Position numbers and translations under genes: made by a program. A stretch of 64,000 bases of DNA. It comes from Amphiscolops sp. MND2022 (taxonomy: Eukaryota). The notes beneath the pieces are model-generated. The model worked only from the letters and a program-made list of their open reading frames with translations. It did no database searches and had not been told where the DNA came from. Shown here one piece after another: positions 62,076 through 64,000 of this stretch. Numbering within the stretch: position 1 is the first letter of the stretch; each line of letters begins with the position of its first letter. The stretch covers positions 49,044,001-49,108,000 of the forward strand of contig OZ076413.1 of NCBI GenBank assembly GCA_964187785.1, written 5' to 3'.

Positions 62076-63050
62076 ATGAAGTGTATAATTTGTGGAAAAA
62101 GTAATGAAAAATCTGTGTATGCAAAGCCAGCAAAGCTGTGCTCCGATTGTGAGAATAAAAAAAGATGTAAAGTGTGTAATATACTGAAAACAGATTTTTA
62201 CAAATATAGAAATGGTAAATTGTATAGTACATGTATAGAATGTTTCAATAAAAAAGTAAAATGTGAATTCTGTAATAAAGAATTAAATAAAACTTATTTA
62301 TCAAAACATTTAAAAAGATGTAATATCAATCATGATAATACAAATAATGAAATTATAAATCATAATGAAAATCATGATAATAATAATTATACAAATAATA
62401 TTATTACAAATGATGATACTGATAATAATGATAATATTATGTTCACCGGAGGCCAACAAAGCTGTAATCGAACATTGATAGTTGGTCCATCATTTTGTGG
62501 TAAGACCCATTTGTTATTAAACAAATTACAATTAATTCGTTTAGATAATCCTGAACAAAAGATATGTATCATTACGAGGAGTCCGAAACAATACAATAAA
62601 ATTGAAATAGAAGATGTTTCAGTGGAAGAAGATTTAGGTGATAAAAGTATTCAAGATTTTCAAAATTGTTGTGTTGTATTTGATGATATGTTAGACTCCA
62701 ATCAGAAATTAATAGATCCATTTTTTACTAGGGGAAGACATAATGATCTGGATGTTTATTATTTATCACAGTCATATTTTGATTTACCTAAAAGAACAAT
62801 TAGAAACAATAGTAATATTATAATTTTATTTCAACAAACATTGAAAGATGTTGAACACATTTATAGAGACATAGCAGGTTTTGATATGTCTAATGATGAA
62901 TTCAAAAGTTTATGCAGAGAAGCATGGCGGGATCCGTATAATTATTTATTAATAAATAGGTTAGAAGATAAAAATGGGAGTAAGTATATGATATGTAATG
63001 AATCCAATCTACAATACCAGATATTTAATCCACAAACTGATCCTTTTTAG
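62076..63050 (+). CDS. A32-like packaging ATPase 2 with N-terminal Cys-rich zinc-binding region
   Basis: Walker A GPSFCGKT, Walker B VVFDD, TRGRH, YLSQSYF..PKRTIRNN; several CxxC and an Asn-rich linker. Confidence 0.9.
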   Translation: MKCIICGKSNEKSVYAKPAKLCSDCENKKRCKVCNILKTDFYKYRNGKLYSTCIECFNKKVKCEFCNKELNKTYLSKHLKRCNINHDNTNNEIINHNENHDNNNYTNNIITNDDTDNNDNIMFTGGQQSCNRTLIVGPSFCGKTHLLLNKLQLIRLDNPEQKICIITRSPKQYNKIEIEDVSVEEDLGDKSIQDFQNCCVVFDDMLDSNQKLIDPFFTRGRHNDLDVYYLSQSYFDLPKRTIRNNSNIIILFQQTLKDVEHIYRDIAGFDMSNDEFKSLCREAWRDPYNYLLINRLEDKNGSKYMICNESNLQYQIFNPQTDPF

Positions 63051-63957
63051 TAAAAGTGTTTATAAGGTTTTGATGTTGAATTGTTGTAATACATTGGTAT
63101 TGTAATAGTTTATCTGCAATTGCTATGATTTGTTCACTAAGCATAGGATTATCATTTCCTCCTACTTTTTCAAAATAAAGTAGTTTTAATTGATCTACAA
63201 GCTCATCAGGATCCGATGGAAGGAAGACATACTGATTAAATCCACTTCCTAATTGGGATAGTTGATAAGGAATATGTTGATACTTATATTGATTAATCAA
63301 ATCTTTAATAAAATAATATCTCTTTGATTTTTTATCTCCATAATTTAGATTATATTTCATATCATTTAAAAAAGAATGAATTAGATTCTCGTCATGTATT
63401 TCTTTATCTATTTGTGTATTAGTCATAAAATATTGAAGATCGGGATCATTTAAATTATACGTGTTACCATTCTCGAAAGTTATTGTTGAACCTTTAATTA
63501 ATACTTGTTGGGGATTAGTAGGGTTAATTGTGAATAAATTTGGATTACCTTCACCGAAGGCGAATTGCGTAACAGGTTCTAAACTAAATTGACTTTTGTT
63601 TTTGTCATTAAGCAAATTAGAAACTGTCTTGATTATAGTAGAATCAACTTGGTTGGAATTCACAAGATCTGTAACAAGTTGATTATTACGGTAAGTAATT
63701 TCATCATATTCTTTAATCGATTTTTGTAAATTTTTATTCAAAGCGTTACTCGATTCTCGTATTGCTTGTGTTGTAGTTTGAGTAGAATCACGTAACGCTT
63801 GTAATTGTTTTTCAGATTCTAGCTTGGTTTGGTTTTGACTTTTTTTCTGATTTTCCGTAACAGGTTCAAAAACTTCTTCCATATCGTAATGAAAGTCTTG
63901 CTTCCCTAGTTTCTCTTTTAATCTTTCAGCTTTCAAAGAAGATTTTGTTTCTTGCAA
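63025..63957 (-). CDS. Polinton-associated hypothetical protein; true start may lie beyond the window
   Basis: 310-aa ORF with FLPSDPDELVDQLKLL..GGND, a motif I recall from Polinton accessory ORFs. Confidence 0.7.
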   Translation of the reverse strand: MQETKSSLKAERLKEKLGKQDFHYDMEEVFEPVTENQKKSQNQTKLESEKQLQALRDSTQTTTQAIRESSNALNKNLQKSIKEYDEITYRNNQLVTDLVNSNQVDSTIIKTVSNLLNDKNKSQFSLEPVTQFAFGEGNPNLFTINPTNPQQVLIKGSTITFENGNTYNLNDPDLQYFMTNTQIDKEIHDENLIHSFLNDMKYNLNYGDKKSKRYYFIKDLINQYKYQHIPYQLSQLGSGFNQYVFLPSDPDELVDQLKLLYFEKVGGNDNPMLSEQIIAIADKLLQYQCITTIQHQNLINTFTKKDQFVD

Positions 63958-64000
63958 TTTTTTTAGTTTCTCTAAATCATCTCGATTATGAATTGAATAC

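Larger units (their letters stand above)
41585..64000. mobile_element. Polinton/Maverick (adintovirus-like) integrated element; right end outside window
   Basis: AGTAGTAGT candidate terminus, AT-rich intronless gene cluster with pPolB, DJR capsid, rve integrase and A32-like ATPases. Confidence 0.9.

Overview
Repeat-dense eukaryotic (probably invertebrate animal) genomic DNA with one 200-N gap at 56639-56838. 1-25 kb is nested transposon debris. It holds a degenerate Ty3/Gypsy element (- strand) and a degenerate BEL/Pao LTR retrotransposon (4729-13310) carrying two MITEs. A near-identical ~3.39 kb segment is triplicated in tandem (13137-24832), and each copy contains a miniature LTR element (TRIM) and a Helentron/DINE-1-like repeat. 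26-41.5 kb has a COX4-like gene, a small Cys/His-rich orphan ORF, a decayed hAT transposase, several MITEs and a spliced host gene of unknown function with one tandemly duplicated exon. From 41585 to the window end lies an AT-rich Polinton/Maverick (adintovirus-like) element, apparently inside an intron of that gene. It encodes pPolB, a DJR capsid, an rve integrase and two packaging-type ATPases. One ATPase is split by a 10.7 kb head-to-head array of near-identical Penelope-like retroelements, bounded by one 12-bp target duplication, with a minimal hammerhead-like motif at every unit boundary. The Polinton ORFs also carry a family of ~20-nt GC-rich mini-hairpin sequences that leave the reading frames open. 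All family assignments come from motif recognition by eye; no searches were run.
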